DNA of 64,000 bases, from positions 64,001 to 128,000 of IMG/VR virus record IMGVR_UViG_3300005805_000046; one strand, written 5' to 3'. Within the stretch, counting starts at the first letter, position 1. The number at the start of each line of letters is the position of its first letter. The position numbers were made by a program, and so were the translations under genes. The notes under the pieces were generated by a model that made no database searches, was not told the origin of the DNA, and saw only the letters and a list, made by a program, of their open reading frames with translations. Below, one piece after another: positions 39,256 through 47,490 of this stretch. This stretch comes from a virus.

Positions 39256-39594
39256 TCATGCGTCCCCCTTCCATGCAAACGGAGAAACTTCCTCACCACA
39301 AGCCAGAATCGCACCATATTGGTGAGCCAGAGCCTCAACCCGTTCCTTTGAACCCGGCTTTCCAGCCTTTACGATCATGGTATCCTCACCACCCACAAAT
39401 CGAGGATCGGACTTCTCTTTCTTCATCTTGCCAAGATTGCGAAGTGCTTTACGATTGAACTTCAAAACTTTTTCCGAACGAATCGGGCCATACTCACCAT
39501 CCGCAAGAGAGGGTTGGTGGGGAATCGCAATTCCGAGAAAGCACATACGAGCCTGTTTCTTAGCGTTTTCGATAATATCAAATTTCTGTTTCAT
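39256..39594 (-). CDS. hypothetical protein (PGS.ERVE.L...Y motif)
   Basis: AGGGA RBS, own promoter. Confidence 0.65.
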   Translation of the reverse strand: MKQKFDIIENAKKQARMCFLGIAIPHQPSLADGEYGPIRSEKVLKFNRKALRNLGKMKKEKSDPRFVGGEDTMIVKAGKPGSKERVEALAHQYGAILACGEEVSPFAWKGDA

Positions 39595-39651
39595 GTTTTC
39601 CCTTTCGTGTTGGTCTGATTCTAGCAAAACTCTTTGGCGAATGTCAACCCC

Positions 39652-39840
39652 TTACTTCGAGGGGGTGTACGCATCCAAATCCAACTTTCGACGAATCACC
39701 CGAAGGGTCTGCAAATCCTCAATGAGCATCTTGGTCAGGCTTTCGCTTAGACCGCTTTCGACCAAAGAACTCAGGTTATCCTCACTGGTTTTCAGCAGAG
39801 CAGCCACAACGATTTCTTCACTCACAGTCAACTTTTCCAT
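39652..39840 (-). CDS. hypothetical protein
   Basis: ORF with own promoter. Confidence 0.6.
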   Translation of the reverse strand: MEKLTVSEEIVVAALLKTSEDNLSSLVESGLSESLTKMLIEDLQTLRVIRRKLDLDAYTPSK

Positions 39841-39925
39841 CTTTCACTCTCTCTTTCTTATGCTGAATTATACCTTAATTATCGTCAAAAGTCAAATGGA
39901 ATCTTTAGAAAATTCTCGGATTTTC

Positions 39926-39954
39926 CCTAAGTCCTTATTTGGTCCGGGGTTGCA
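39926..39954. repeat. solo 29-bp site with truncated linker
   Basis: CCTAAGTCCTT-ATTTGGT-CCGGGGTTGCA then TCGA. Confidence 0.6.
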
Positions 39955-40009
39955 TCGACCCGCTTCGTTTAGGTAGCACAGTGGACAGATGGTATCGTGA
40001 GAAATTGCT

Positions 40010-40091
40010 CGTAAAGCGTTGGTATCAAACAACTTACGGCAAGCGGGGCGGCGCCGGCTCGCCCTAAGTCCTTATATAGCAACCACTTAGG
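40010..40091. repeat. 82-bp element, copy 13
   Basis: Spacers GGTATCA / ATATAGC. Confidence 0.92.
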
Positions 40092-40291
40092 TTAAGAGTT
40101 AATTACCCAAGCAACCACACAACCGAAAGCAAAGGATACAGAAAGCACTACCTTATCATAAAGGTTCATTATTTCTTCCTTACTGGAAAAACAAGATCAC
40201 AAACAAACCAAGAACAACCAACACCAACAACAAATCCCACACCCATCCACATCCAATCTATATTAATATCGATCATCCGTGATTCCTTTCT

Positions 40292-40498
40292 TTAATCCTT
40301 TTTATATCCTACGAGCCACCGAGTACCATCCTCATCTGTATGGATAAATCCATTAGACTCAAATCCTGCATCATTCAATTCCTTTTCGGCCATTCTCTTA
40401 CACAGGGTATCCCCAATAGCAAGCACAGCACAAACCAATCCCATGATAATGATACCTACGACGAACAGGCAAGAGATAGCGATTAGTTGTGGGCTCAT
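40292..40498 (-). CDS. small membrane protein
   Basis: Hydrophobic N-terminal helix. Confidence 0.6.
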   Translation of the reverse strand: MSPQLIAISCLFVVGIIIMGLVCAVLAIGDTLCKRMAEKELNDAGFESNGFIHTDEDGTRWLVGYKKD

Positions 40499-40686
40499 TT
40501 GGTAAGGTTCCAAGTATAGACGTTATCGTTCACTTTCACACATCGTACATCAGAGATCGGCAAATGTCCAGTGCGAACATTAGAGCAATCCGGAAAGAAC
40601 TCTCTCACAATCTTATACGCTTCGAGCGTATTCTTAGCACGAACAAAACCAACAGCCAAACCATTCTGATAAACTTCCAAAGTCAT
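40495..40686 (-). CDS. hypothetical protein
   Basis: GAGG RBS. Confidence 0.6.
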   Translation of the reverse strand: MTLEVYQNGLAVGFVRAKNTLEAYKIVREFFPDCSNVRTGHLPISDVRCVKVNDNVYTWNLTK

Positions 40687-40785
40687 CTTCTTTTCCTCTT
40701 TCTTTCTCATACTACGATTCTACACTACTAATATCGGCTTGTCAAGCCTAGCCACATGAATTTTTTCAGATTTTTTATTTTGCGT

Positions 40786-40867
40786 TGTAAGTCTATATGT
40801 AGCATATACTTAGGTCGAATTTTGCGGCGCCGGCTCGCCCTAAGTACTTACGTAGCAACTACTTACG
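40786..40867. repeat. 82-bp element, copy 14
   Basis: Spacers ATGTAGC / ACGTAGC. Confidence 0.9.
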
Positions 40868-41021
40868 TTTACTATTCATATCCTTAAGAATAGCAACGAT
40901 CATAGCCAATTCGTTACTCGTCTGATTCGGGCTCATCGTATTCCCTTTCATCTTCTTCGAGCCAATCAGCATAATCATACAGTGGGTCAGGGCAACTCAT
41001 CTCTTTTCTCCTTTACTTCTT

Positions 41022-41057
41022 ATATCGGTATTATACAGGAAAATCTTTAGGGGTCAA
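41022..41057 (-). promoter_or_regulatory. dual promoter with reversed stagger
   Basis: TTGACC-16-TATAAT with TAAA-16-ACCGATAT. Confidence 0.7.
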
Positions 41058-41256
41058 TACTGAACATTTGTTTTTTCTAGAATAGAATCTAAATGAATTT
41101 CCCCATTCTCTACAACCCACCCATATTCCCTAGTAGGCGTATACGTCCCAAGATAATATTTCCCATCGCTATATCCCTCATACCCAGCCCCAAATCCCAT
41201 GAACGTGATAGCCAAAATCATATCGTACATTATAGCCTCTCTTTCTTATATATATA

Positions 41257-41284
41257 ATATCGGCTAATCCCCATATATACTTTA
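41257..41284 (-). promoter_or_regulatory. sigma28-like promoter without TTGACA
   Basis: TAAAG...(16)...GCCGATAT. Confidence 0.65.
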
Positions 41285-41299
41285 GAGATATTTATTGGT

Positions 41300-41381
41300 C
41301 ATAAACCCTTACTGCATAAGTACTTAGGACAAATTTTGCCCAGAGAATTCGCCCTAAGTCATTGGTATACAACAACTTATA
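41300..41381. repeat. 82-bp element, copy 15
   Basis: Spacers ACTGCAT / GGTATAC. Confidence 0.88.
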
Positions 41382-41404
41382 GCGAATATAGCCGCTACCC
41401 CCTC

Positions 41405-41593
41405 TTAGGTAGCATGGATGAACACTCGTTCATTTACGGTACGGTTGGTCAGCGTAACGATCCAGTTCCTACCGCTACCATCCTCACGCATGATGCAGTT
41501 GATAAGGCCAACGTGTACGTTACCCTTAGTATCCACAACGCTACCATACTTACCCGTACGCATCGCAGAGAGAATCTTGTCAAGGCTATTCAT
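41405..41593 (-). CDS. conserved phage protein (I.REDGSGRNW family)
   Basis: Motif, AAGGA RBS. Confidence 0.65.
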   Translation of the reverse strand: MNSLDKILSAMRTGKYGSVVDTKGNVHVGLINCIMREDGSGRNWIVTLTNRTVNERVFIHAT

Positions 41594-41884
41594 TTTCTTT
41601 TCCTTTGGGGTTGTGTGCATTGTACCAATATTCTTTTGTGTGTCAAGTCTTAGAGAATCGTACCATCACCACGAATACGATACATGATTCCACCGATACT
41701 ATACAGGCAGATACCTTCGCCCATATTCTGAACAAACGTAGCCGAATATCCGTGGCGAGCAACCAACCGGCGAATCGTATTTTGCACTTGGATCGTCATT
41801 TGCTTTCTCTCTTTCTTATGTCCCAATTATACCAATATAATCGTCAGGAGTCAAATACTATCTTTAAAATATTCTTAAATTGCT

Positions 41885-41937
41885 CCTAAACTCTTACAGC
41901 ATAAGGAGTTACGTCAAGCGGAGGGGGGGTTTTTTTG
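41885..41937. repeat. terminal half element followed by G7/T8 run
   Basis: Site A 41885-41913, linker start TCAAGCGG, then AGGGGGGGTTTTTTTT. Confidence 0.75.
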
Positions 41938-42030
41938 TTTCTGGCTATCATTTGTGGAATTTCAGGAAAATCGCCGGGTGGTCCAAACATAGTAGGGAGC
42001 TCATATAATAATTGGCCAGTTTATTAGCCA

Positions 42031-43275
42031 TTATATTATTCTCCTAATTCTCTTGAAGCCTATAACCTTAAGCTCCCCCGTATCTTTATTCTCAGCCACC
42101 ACCTTAACCTCGTTCCATCCTCTAGCGAACATTCTACGGTTTAGCCTAACGTCGAACCCATGGTTACCATCGCCCCAGTGTTTTAGGTCGTTTCGATATC
42201 TATTAGAGTCCGCAACACTAGCGACACGGTCATTAATTAAAATCTTGATCCGTATCCTATCATGAATCCTATCAGAGTCTAAAGTCCACCCACGAACTCT
42301 ATTGATATTCAATATGTCCACTCGTCCCACGATCCTTTCATTCCAACTTTTAATAACCACGGGCAAAGATGGAGCTATAGCTTTAAATGCAGCATCGTCT
42401 AATGCTCTACTAGCATTTAAAGATCCTCCACTACTTACCTTATCGGCCAATCCCACACTAATATCAGCACTACTAAAAATTTTCGATCTAATATCCTCAA
42501 CACCCATAGACCCGTATTTCCTGCATAATGCTGCTATTGTTCCTGTTACCTGAGGAGCAGCCATACTAGTACCACTTAAACTACCATACCTATTGCCCGG
42601 TAGCGTTGAATATATGGCCGTACCCCTAGCCGCAATATCCACACTATTTTTTCCATAATTAGAAAATCCCGCTAGCGTTGCGTTGTCTGACCCACAAGCA
42701 GCCACAGCAATAATATTAGACTGAGAGTATGAACTGGGATATCTAGGTACAGAGTCATTATCAGACCCACTGTTTCCAGCAGCGCTCACAAAAACTATAT
42801 TAGCCTCACTAGCTCTTGTTATAGCGCCATCTAATGAGCTTGAATAACCAGTAGTTCCACCCCAGCTATTATTAATCGCTACCACATCCACTCCAAAATT
42901 CTTTTTCATCATCACAATATAATCTATAGACCTTATAGCATCGCCCGTAAAACCAAATCCACTATCATCCTGAAACTTCAATACCATTATATTAACAGCC
43001 CCATAACTAGCTACTATCCCACCCACATGAGTACCATGACCATACCCATCCTGCACCACATTATTATTTCCACTAAAATTCCATCCATATATATCGTCCA
43101 CATATCCGTTGTTATCGTCATCAATATTATTATCTACGATTTCTCCAGGATTTTTCCACAAACTATCCTTTAATGCTTCGTGATTAACGTCGATTCCACT
43201 ATCTATAATCGCCACAATAGGAGTTAACAGAGACCTATTTTCCAGATTTTCTATCCCTAGAGTAGTCTTTTTCAT
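42031..43275 (-). CDS. S8 subtilisin-like serine protease with planctomycete-type N-terminal motif
   Basis: IIDSG, HGTHVGG, AAGN, GTSMAAP; LGIENLENRSLL. Confidence 0.92.
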   Translation of the reverse strand: MKKTTLGIENLENRSLLTPIVAIIDSGIDVNHEALKDSLWKNPGEIVDNNIDDDNNGYVDDIYGWNFSGNNNVVQDGYGHGTHVGGIVASYGAVNIMVLKFQDDSGFGFTGDAIRSIDYIVMMKKNFGVDVVAINNSWGGTTGYSSSLDGAITRASEANIVFVSAAGNSGSDNDSVPRYPSSYSQSNIIAVAACGSDNATLAGFSNYGKNSVDIAARGTAIYSTLPGNRYGSLSGTSMAAPQVTGTIAALCRKYGSMGVEDIRSKIFSSADISVGLADKVSSGGSLNASRALDDAAFKAIAPSLPVVIKSWNERIVGRVDILNINRVRGWTLDSDRIHDRIRIKILINDRVASVADSNRYRNDLKHWGDGNHGFDVRLNRRMFARGWNEVKVVAENKDTGELKVIGFKRIRRII

Positions 43276-43347
43276 GGTCGAGTCCTTTCGAAACTTTGTG
43301 ACATTTTTGCCGCCAAATCCACTTTATCATAAAATTTCGCAAAGTCA

Positions 43348-43373
43348 ATAAAAAAAGCAGGCCGAAGCCTGCT
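43348..43373 (-). terminator. intrinsic terminator
   Basis: AGCAGGC-TTCG-GCCTGCT + T run. Confidence 0.85.
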
Positions 43374-43379
43374 GTTTTA

Positions 43380-43667
43380 CTAGTATCTTCTATGATTCTC
43401 AAACCACCAACACCGGTGCCTTTGTATCACAGGCGCGGGCTGATGAACAACCTCAACATAGCTAACATATGGATAGTAATATACAGGGGCCGGTTGCTGA
43501 ATTACTGTTGTAACAGGAACCCATAAGGTTTGAGGGGTTGGCACATTTACAATAACCGGAGCCGGAGCGTAAACATATGGATAATAGGCCGAGACCCACT
43601 CATTAGCATATGATCGGTTTCCGGCCATACAAAACATAATCATCAGAGCTAGCAGTATCGTTTTCAT
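43380..43667 (-). CDS. secreted Pro/Tyr/Val-rich small protein
   Basis: Signal peptide MKTILLALMIMFC. Confidence 0.65.
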   Translation of the reverse strand: MKTILLALMIMFCMAGNRSYANEWVSAYYPYVYAPAPVIVNVPTPQTLWVPVTTVIQQPAPVYYYPYVSYVEVVHQPAPVIQRHRCWWFENHRRY

Positions 43668-43686
43668 TTTATAGTCCTTTGTTGCT

Positions 43687-44292
43687 TTAGTTAGGTTCCG
43701 CATATATCCAGAAATGTTGTGGATGAGCTGCCGGATTTGGATGCTTAATAATAGTCGGAGATTCATATCCTAGTCTTTTAAGTTGACCCATAACTTCCGC
43801 TTCTTTGTTATGTATTTCTATCAACCATTTAACTCTACTAAATATAGGATACGTTGCTCCAGCTAGCACATCCTCTTCCGCGCCCTCCACATCAACCTTA
43901 ATAAATACTATCGATAAGTCGGAAATGTCGGCTATTTGATCAAGAGTTATCGTTTGTATATCCACAGTTTCCACAATAGGAGCCTCCGCAGCACCACATC
44001 CTCCGATTGGATGTTCCATAAGCAAAGATGTTTGAAGAGGACTATCTCTTAGATACAAGCTAAGACGTTCGCTCCTTGAAGATACAGCAGCATTTTTACA
44101 AATAACATTACTAGGAGGAGTAGACGCCTTGAGTTCTTTAAAAGCTCTAGGATCCGGTTCCACAGAGATCACTTGCTTGAAATACTTGGACATTAAAGAA
44201 GACCATTCTCCAACATTAGCTCCTATATCTAGAGCTAGGCCATTAACATCACACGATTTATTCACATAGTTTTTTACCCAGTATTCGTCCAT
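43687..44292 (-). CDS. FkbM-family SAM methyltransferase
   Basis: LDIGANVG, VEPD, FIKVDVEGAE, IEIH. Confidence 0.9.
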   Translation of the reverse strand: MDEYWVKNYVNKSCDVNGLALDIGANVGEWSSLMSKYFKQVISVEPDPRAFKELKASTPPSNVICKNAAVSSRSERLSLYLRDSPLQTSLLMEHPIGGCGAAEAPIVETVDIQTITLDQIADISDLSIVFIKVDVEGAEEDVLAGATYPIFSRVKWLIEIHNKEAEVMGQLKRLGYESPTIIKHPNPAAHPQHFWIYAEPN

Positions 44293-44294
44293 AC

Positions 44295-44525
44295 TTATAC
44301 TGTTTCGTTGGCTGCTGTTTGCTGAGATAATATATCAGCCTTGCGAGGACGACCACGAGCCTTCTTGATCGACAACTTGCGACGTTGACGACGAACCATG
44401 CTACGAGTAACATTTTGGCCACTAATTTCCGAAAGCTTTAATGCCATAGTTTCATCATTAAAAGAATTTTGGTTTGCTTGGATAAACTCTAGTTCGTTTG
44501 GCTGCCATTTTTTGTAATTCGCCAT
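44295..44525 (-). CDS. small HTH protein with AT-hook-like RGRPRK
   Basis: KKW...E..FI; MVRRQRRKL; AGGAG RBS. Confidence 0.65.
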   Translation of the reverse strand: MANYKKWQPNELEFIQANQNSFNDETMALKLSEISGQNVTRSMVRRQRRKLSIKKARGRPRKADILSQQTAANETV

Positions 44526-44605
44526 TTTTATCTCCTGGTAAATTGACCATTAGTGTATAACTGTTTATTATAGTATGTTGACCCATATTACGCAAGAGGT
44601 TATTC

Positions 44606-44809
44606 ATGAATTCTCCCGAAAACATCAAAATGGTAGATTCTATTCTTTTTACCAAAGCGGTCGGTCATATAGCGGACGTATCCGCGGACCTATCTCTGCC
44701 AGAAGGAGCTAATATCCAAGAGCTATTAAATAATAATGAAAAAGAAACAGCCCAAAAAAACCAAGAAAACGAAAACACCGAAGAGAGCCAAGAAGAGCAA
44801 AGCTCCTAA
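44606..44809 (+). CDS. hypothetical protein
   Basis: GAGG RBS; AGTGTATAA upstream at 44552. Confidence 0.55.
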   Translation: MNSPENIKMVDSILFTKAVGHIADVSADLSLPEGANIQELLNNNEKETAQKNQENENTEESQEEQSS

Positions 44810-45461
44810 TAACAAGAAGCTTAGCGGAGTTGCGGAACAAGATTTTTTAACAGTTTTAGATAATATTTCTAAAAGATTAATTTATAAGTTTAAATTTGGA
44901 TATCATGATATAGACGATATGAAACAACAAGCTGCCATTTTTGCAATGGAAGGCCTAAAGCAATATGATCATAGTCGCCCTCTAGAAAACTTCTTGTGGA
45001 CCCACGTTAGGAATAGACTCTTTAACTACAAAAGGAATAACTACCAAAGACCCGATAAACCATGTCTTACTTGTCCTTTATATGACAAAATGTATAAAAA
45101 CTCTAATAATCAATGTACTAAATATCTTAATAAAAACGATTGCGATTTATATGCTGCTTGGTCAACCAGAAATGAATCCAAAAAAAACATAATGAAGCCC
45201 CAGAGCTTACATAACCCACACTCCAATGAAGACTATCAAATTACAGACAATAATAATCCTGTAGAATTATCTCAAAACAAAGAAATTATAGACTTTTTAG
45301 ATAACAATATTGTTAACCCAGAACATAGAGAAACCTATCTCAAACTAAAAAATGGATGTAAAATCAGCAAACCTATGCTAGACAAGCTTAAAGTTTATAT
45401 TGAAACCCTCATGAAAGATTTCAAATGTCAACAAAAATCCCCCGAAAACGAGGACAACTAA
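44736..45461 (+). CDS. phage sigma70-family sigma factor
   Basis: Region-2-like DDMKQQAAIFAMEGLKQYD...FLWTHVRNRLFNYKR; Cys insert. Confidence 0.7.
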   Translation: MKKKQPKKTKKTKTPKRAKKSKAPNNKKLSGVAEQDFLTVLDNISKRLIYKFKFGYHDIDDMKQQAAIFAMEGLKQYDHSRPLENFLWTHVRNRLFNYKRNNYQRPDKPCLTCPLYDKMYKNSNNQCTKYLNKNDCDLYAAWSTRNESKKNIMKPQSLHNPHSNEDYQITDNNNPVELSQNKEIIDFLDNNIVNPEHRETYLKLKNGCKISKPMLDKLKVYIETLMKDFKCQQKSPENEDN

Positions 45462-46252
45462 GTCTCGAAGAAGAAAAGTTTATCCGAGATAACACAGGAA
45501 CCCTCACTGTATCACAAATTGCAGAGCAGCTTAATAGGAACGAAGCTCCAATCAATAGATACATAGAGGAAAATAGACTATTCATTCCCACAGACCAAAA
45601 GTCCGAAGATGACTCATTACGCAGAAAACTACATTCCAAAACATTCTGGCCAGAGATTGTTAGACAATTTGATGAAGAGACTGGTGAGTTACAGTATTTC
45701 GAGGATACCTGGATAGGTTTGGTTAAACAGTTCAGAGAGGACGTGCTACCAGCAGAAGAACTACAAATCAAACAATTTATTACAATAGATATTCTGATTA
45801 ATCGCTCTATGAAAGAACGCAAAAGACATATTGCTATGACAGAAAAATTACAAAAAATTGTTGATGATGAGTACGAAAAACCAGAGGACCAGAGAGACTC
45901 AGCCAAATTAATGAGCAATGAAACTCAGTTAAGCTTTGCGAGAAATAGTATTGCTAATTATACCAATGAATATACTAAACTATTAAATGAACAACAAAAA
46001 ATTAGTAAAGATCTCAAGGCCACTAGAGAGCAAAGAATTAAAAGAATCGAAGACGGAAAAAGTAGCTGGGTTGGTTTAATTAGAATGTTAGAAGATGAAG
46101 ATATTAGAGAAAAAGAAGGCAAAGAGATGGAGATTATACGTATAGCTACAGAAAAAGCCAGATCCGATCTGGAGAACTATTATACGTATGCGGATAACAA
46201 TGTAGATAGACCATTCTTAACACCAGAAAGCGTAACTAAAAATAATGAATAA
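45425..46252 (+). CDS. putative terminase small subunit
   Basis: N-terminal HTH, helical body, upstream of TerL. Confidence 0.45.
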   Translation: MSTKIPRKRGQLSLEEEKFIRDNTGTLTVSQIAEQLNRNEAPINRYIEENRLFIPTDQKSEDDSLRRKLHSKTFWPEIVRQFDEETGELQYFEDTWIGLVKQFREDVLPAEELQIKQFITIDILINRSMKERKRHIAMTEKLQKIVDDEYEKPEDQRDSAKLMSNETQLSFARNSIANYTNEYTKLLNEQQKISKDLKATREQRIKRIEDGKSSWVGLIRMLEDEDIREKEGKEMEIIRIATEKARSDLENYYTYADNNVDRPFLTPESVTKNNE

Positions 46253-47234
46253 AACAGCACTAATAACAGGAGTTAACGGACAAGACGGATCCTATTTAGC
46301 AGAATTTTTATTAGATAAAAACTATACCGTTGTTGGTCTATATAGAAGATCTAGTACTAATAACTTGTCTCGTATAGATCATATAAAAAATCATCCTAAT
46401 CTTGTTTTAGAAGAATTTGATTTGACGGACCCGTCTGGTTGCAACAGTGTTGTTGGTCGCTACAATCCAACCGAACTATATAACCTAGGCGCTCAAAGCC
46501 ACGTAGGAACAAGCTTTAAGCAGCCAACAACCACATTTGAGATAGATGCTATAGGAGTTGTTAACCTATTAGAAGCAATTCGACACTTTTCTCCAAAAAC
46601 TAGATTTTATCAAGCTAGTACTAGCGAAATGTTTGGGTTCAACTATACAGTTGGTCCTTTTGGTCAAAAGTATCAGGATGAGAATACTCAGTTTATGCCA
46701 CAGAGTCCATATGGCATTGCTAAGTTAGCAGCACACAATATGGTGAGGGTATACAGAAGCGCCTACGCTATACATGGATCTTGCGGTATTTTGTTTAACC
46801 ACGAAAGCCCAAGAAGAGGCGAAAACTTTGTGACGAGAAAAATTACAAAATACATAGGCGATCTAATCAACAAAAGAATTCCAGCTGATCAAAAATTACA
46901 ACTAGGAAATTTATCGGCAGAAAGAGACTGGGGACACGCTAAAGATTATGTTAGGGCCATGTGGTTAATGTTACAGCAAACCGTCCCCGAAGATTATGTA
47001 ATAGCCACTGGAGAGACTAGATCGGTACAAACTTTTCTAGAGATGGCATTTGCCTCTGCTGGCTTAAACCACAACGATCACGTAGAAATCAATAGCGATC
47101 TTTTCCGTCCGGCCGAAGTAGAGTACCTCAAAGGGTTGCCAAGCAAAGCAAAAGATAATCTTAATTGGGAACCAGAAATTTCTTTTAATCAATTAGTAAA
47201 AGATATGGTACAGCATGACATCGAGAAACTATAA
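46245..47234 (+). CDS. gmd: GDP-mannose 4,6-dehydratase
   Basis: GVNGQDGSYLAE, AQSHV, YQASTSE, YGIAK, NHESPRRGENFVTRKI, RDWGHA. Confidence 0.96.
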   Translation: MNKTALITGVNGQDGSYLAEFLLDKNYTVVGLYRRSSTNNLSRIDHIKNHPNLVLEEFDLTDPSGCNSVVGRYNPTELYNLGAQSHVGTSFKQPTTTFEIDAIGVVNLLEAIRHFSPKTRFYQASTSEMFGFNYTVGPFGQKYQDENTQFMPQSPYGIAKLAAHNMVRVYRSAYAIHGSCGILFNHESPRRGENFVTRKITKYIGDLINKRIPADQKLQLGNLSAERDWGHAKDYVRAMWLMLQQTVPEDYVIATGETRSVQTFLEMAFASAGLNHNDHVEINSDLFRPAEVEYLKGLPSKAKDNLNWEPEISFNQLVKDMVQHDIEKL

Positions 47235-47490
47235 AGATCCACTATACAAAGAGTGGAGAAAACAAATTTATGCTAGAGACAATCACTGTTGTCAATGGCC
47301 AGGGTGTAAAAATAAGAAAAAGTTAAATGCTCATCATATTAGAAAGTGGTCTAGCTTCCCTGGATTGCGCTTTGAACCAACAAATGGAATAACACTGTGC
47401 AGAGATCATCATAATATGATTAAAAATCAAGAAGAAATATATGAATCTGTTTTTTATAGAATAGTAATGCAAAAATATGGTAGATTATAA
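47215..47490 (+). CDS. HNH endonuclease
   Basis: RDNHCCQ..C, AHHI, NGITLC..HH. Confidence 0.85.
   Translation: MTSRNYKDPLYKEWRKQIYARDNHCCQWPGCKNKKKLNAHHIRKWSSFPGLRFEPTNGITLCRDHHNMIKNQEEIYESVFYRIVMQKYGRL

Noticed and set aside
25199-41913. CRISPR array
   Set aside because: Repeats are degenerate and separated by 0.4-2.6 kb of genes. The 24-bp linkers resemble each other rather than being unique spacers, and no cas genes are present.
25199-41913. Classical integron attC array
   Set aside because: CCTAA/TTAGG ends resemble R boxes, but there is no invariant AAC/GTT, the length is fixed, the units carry their own promoters, and no intI is in the window.
25199-41913. 82-bp elements as plain intrinsic terminators
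   Set aside because: No U tract follows the linker hairpin on the transcribed strand, several linkers pair poorly, and invariant length is not expected of terminators.
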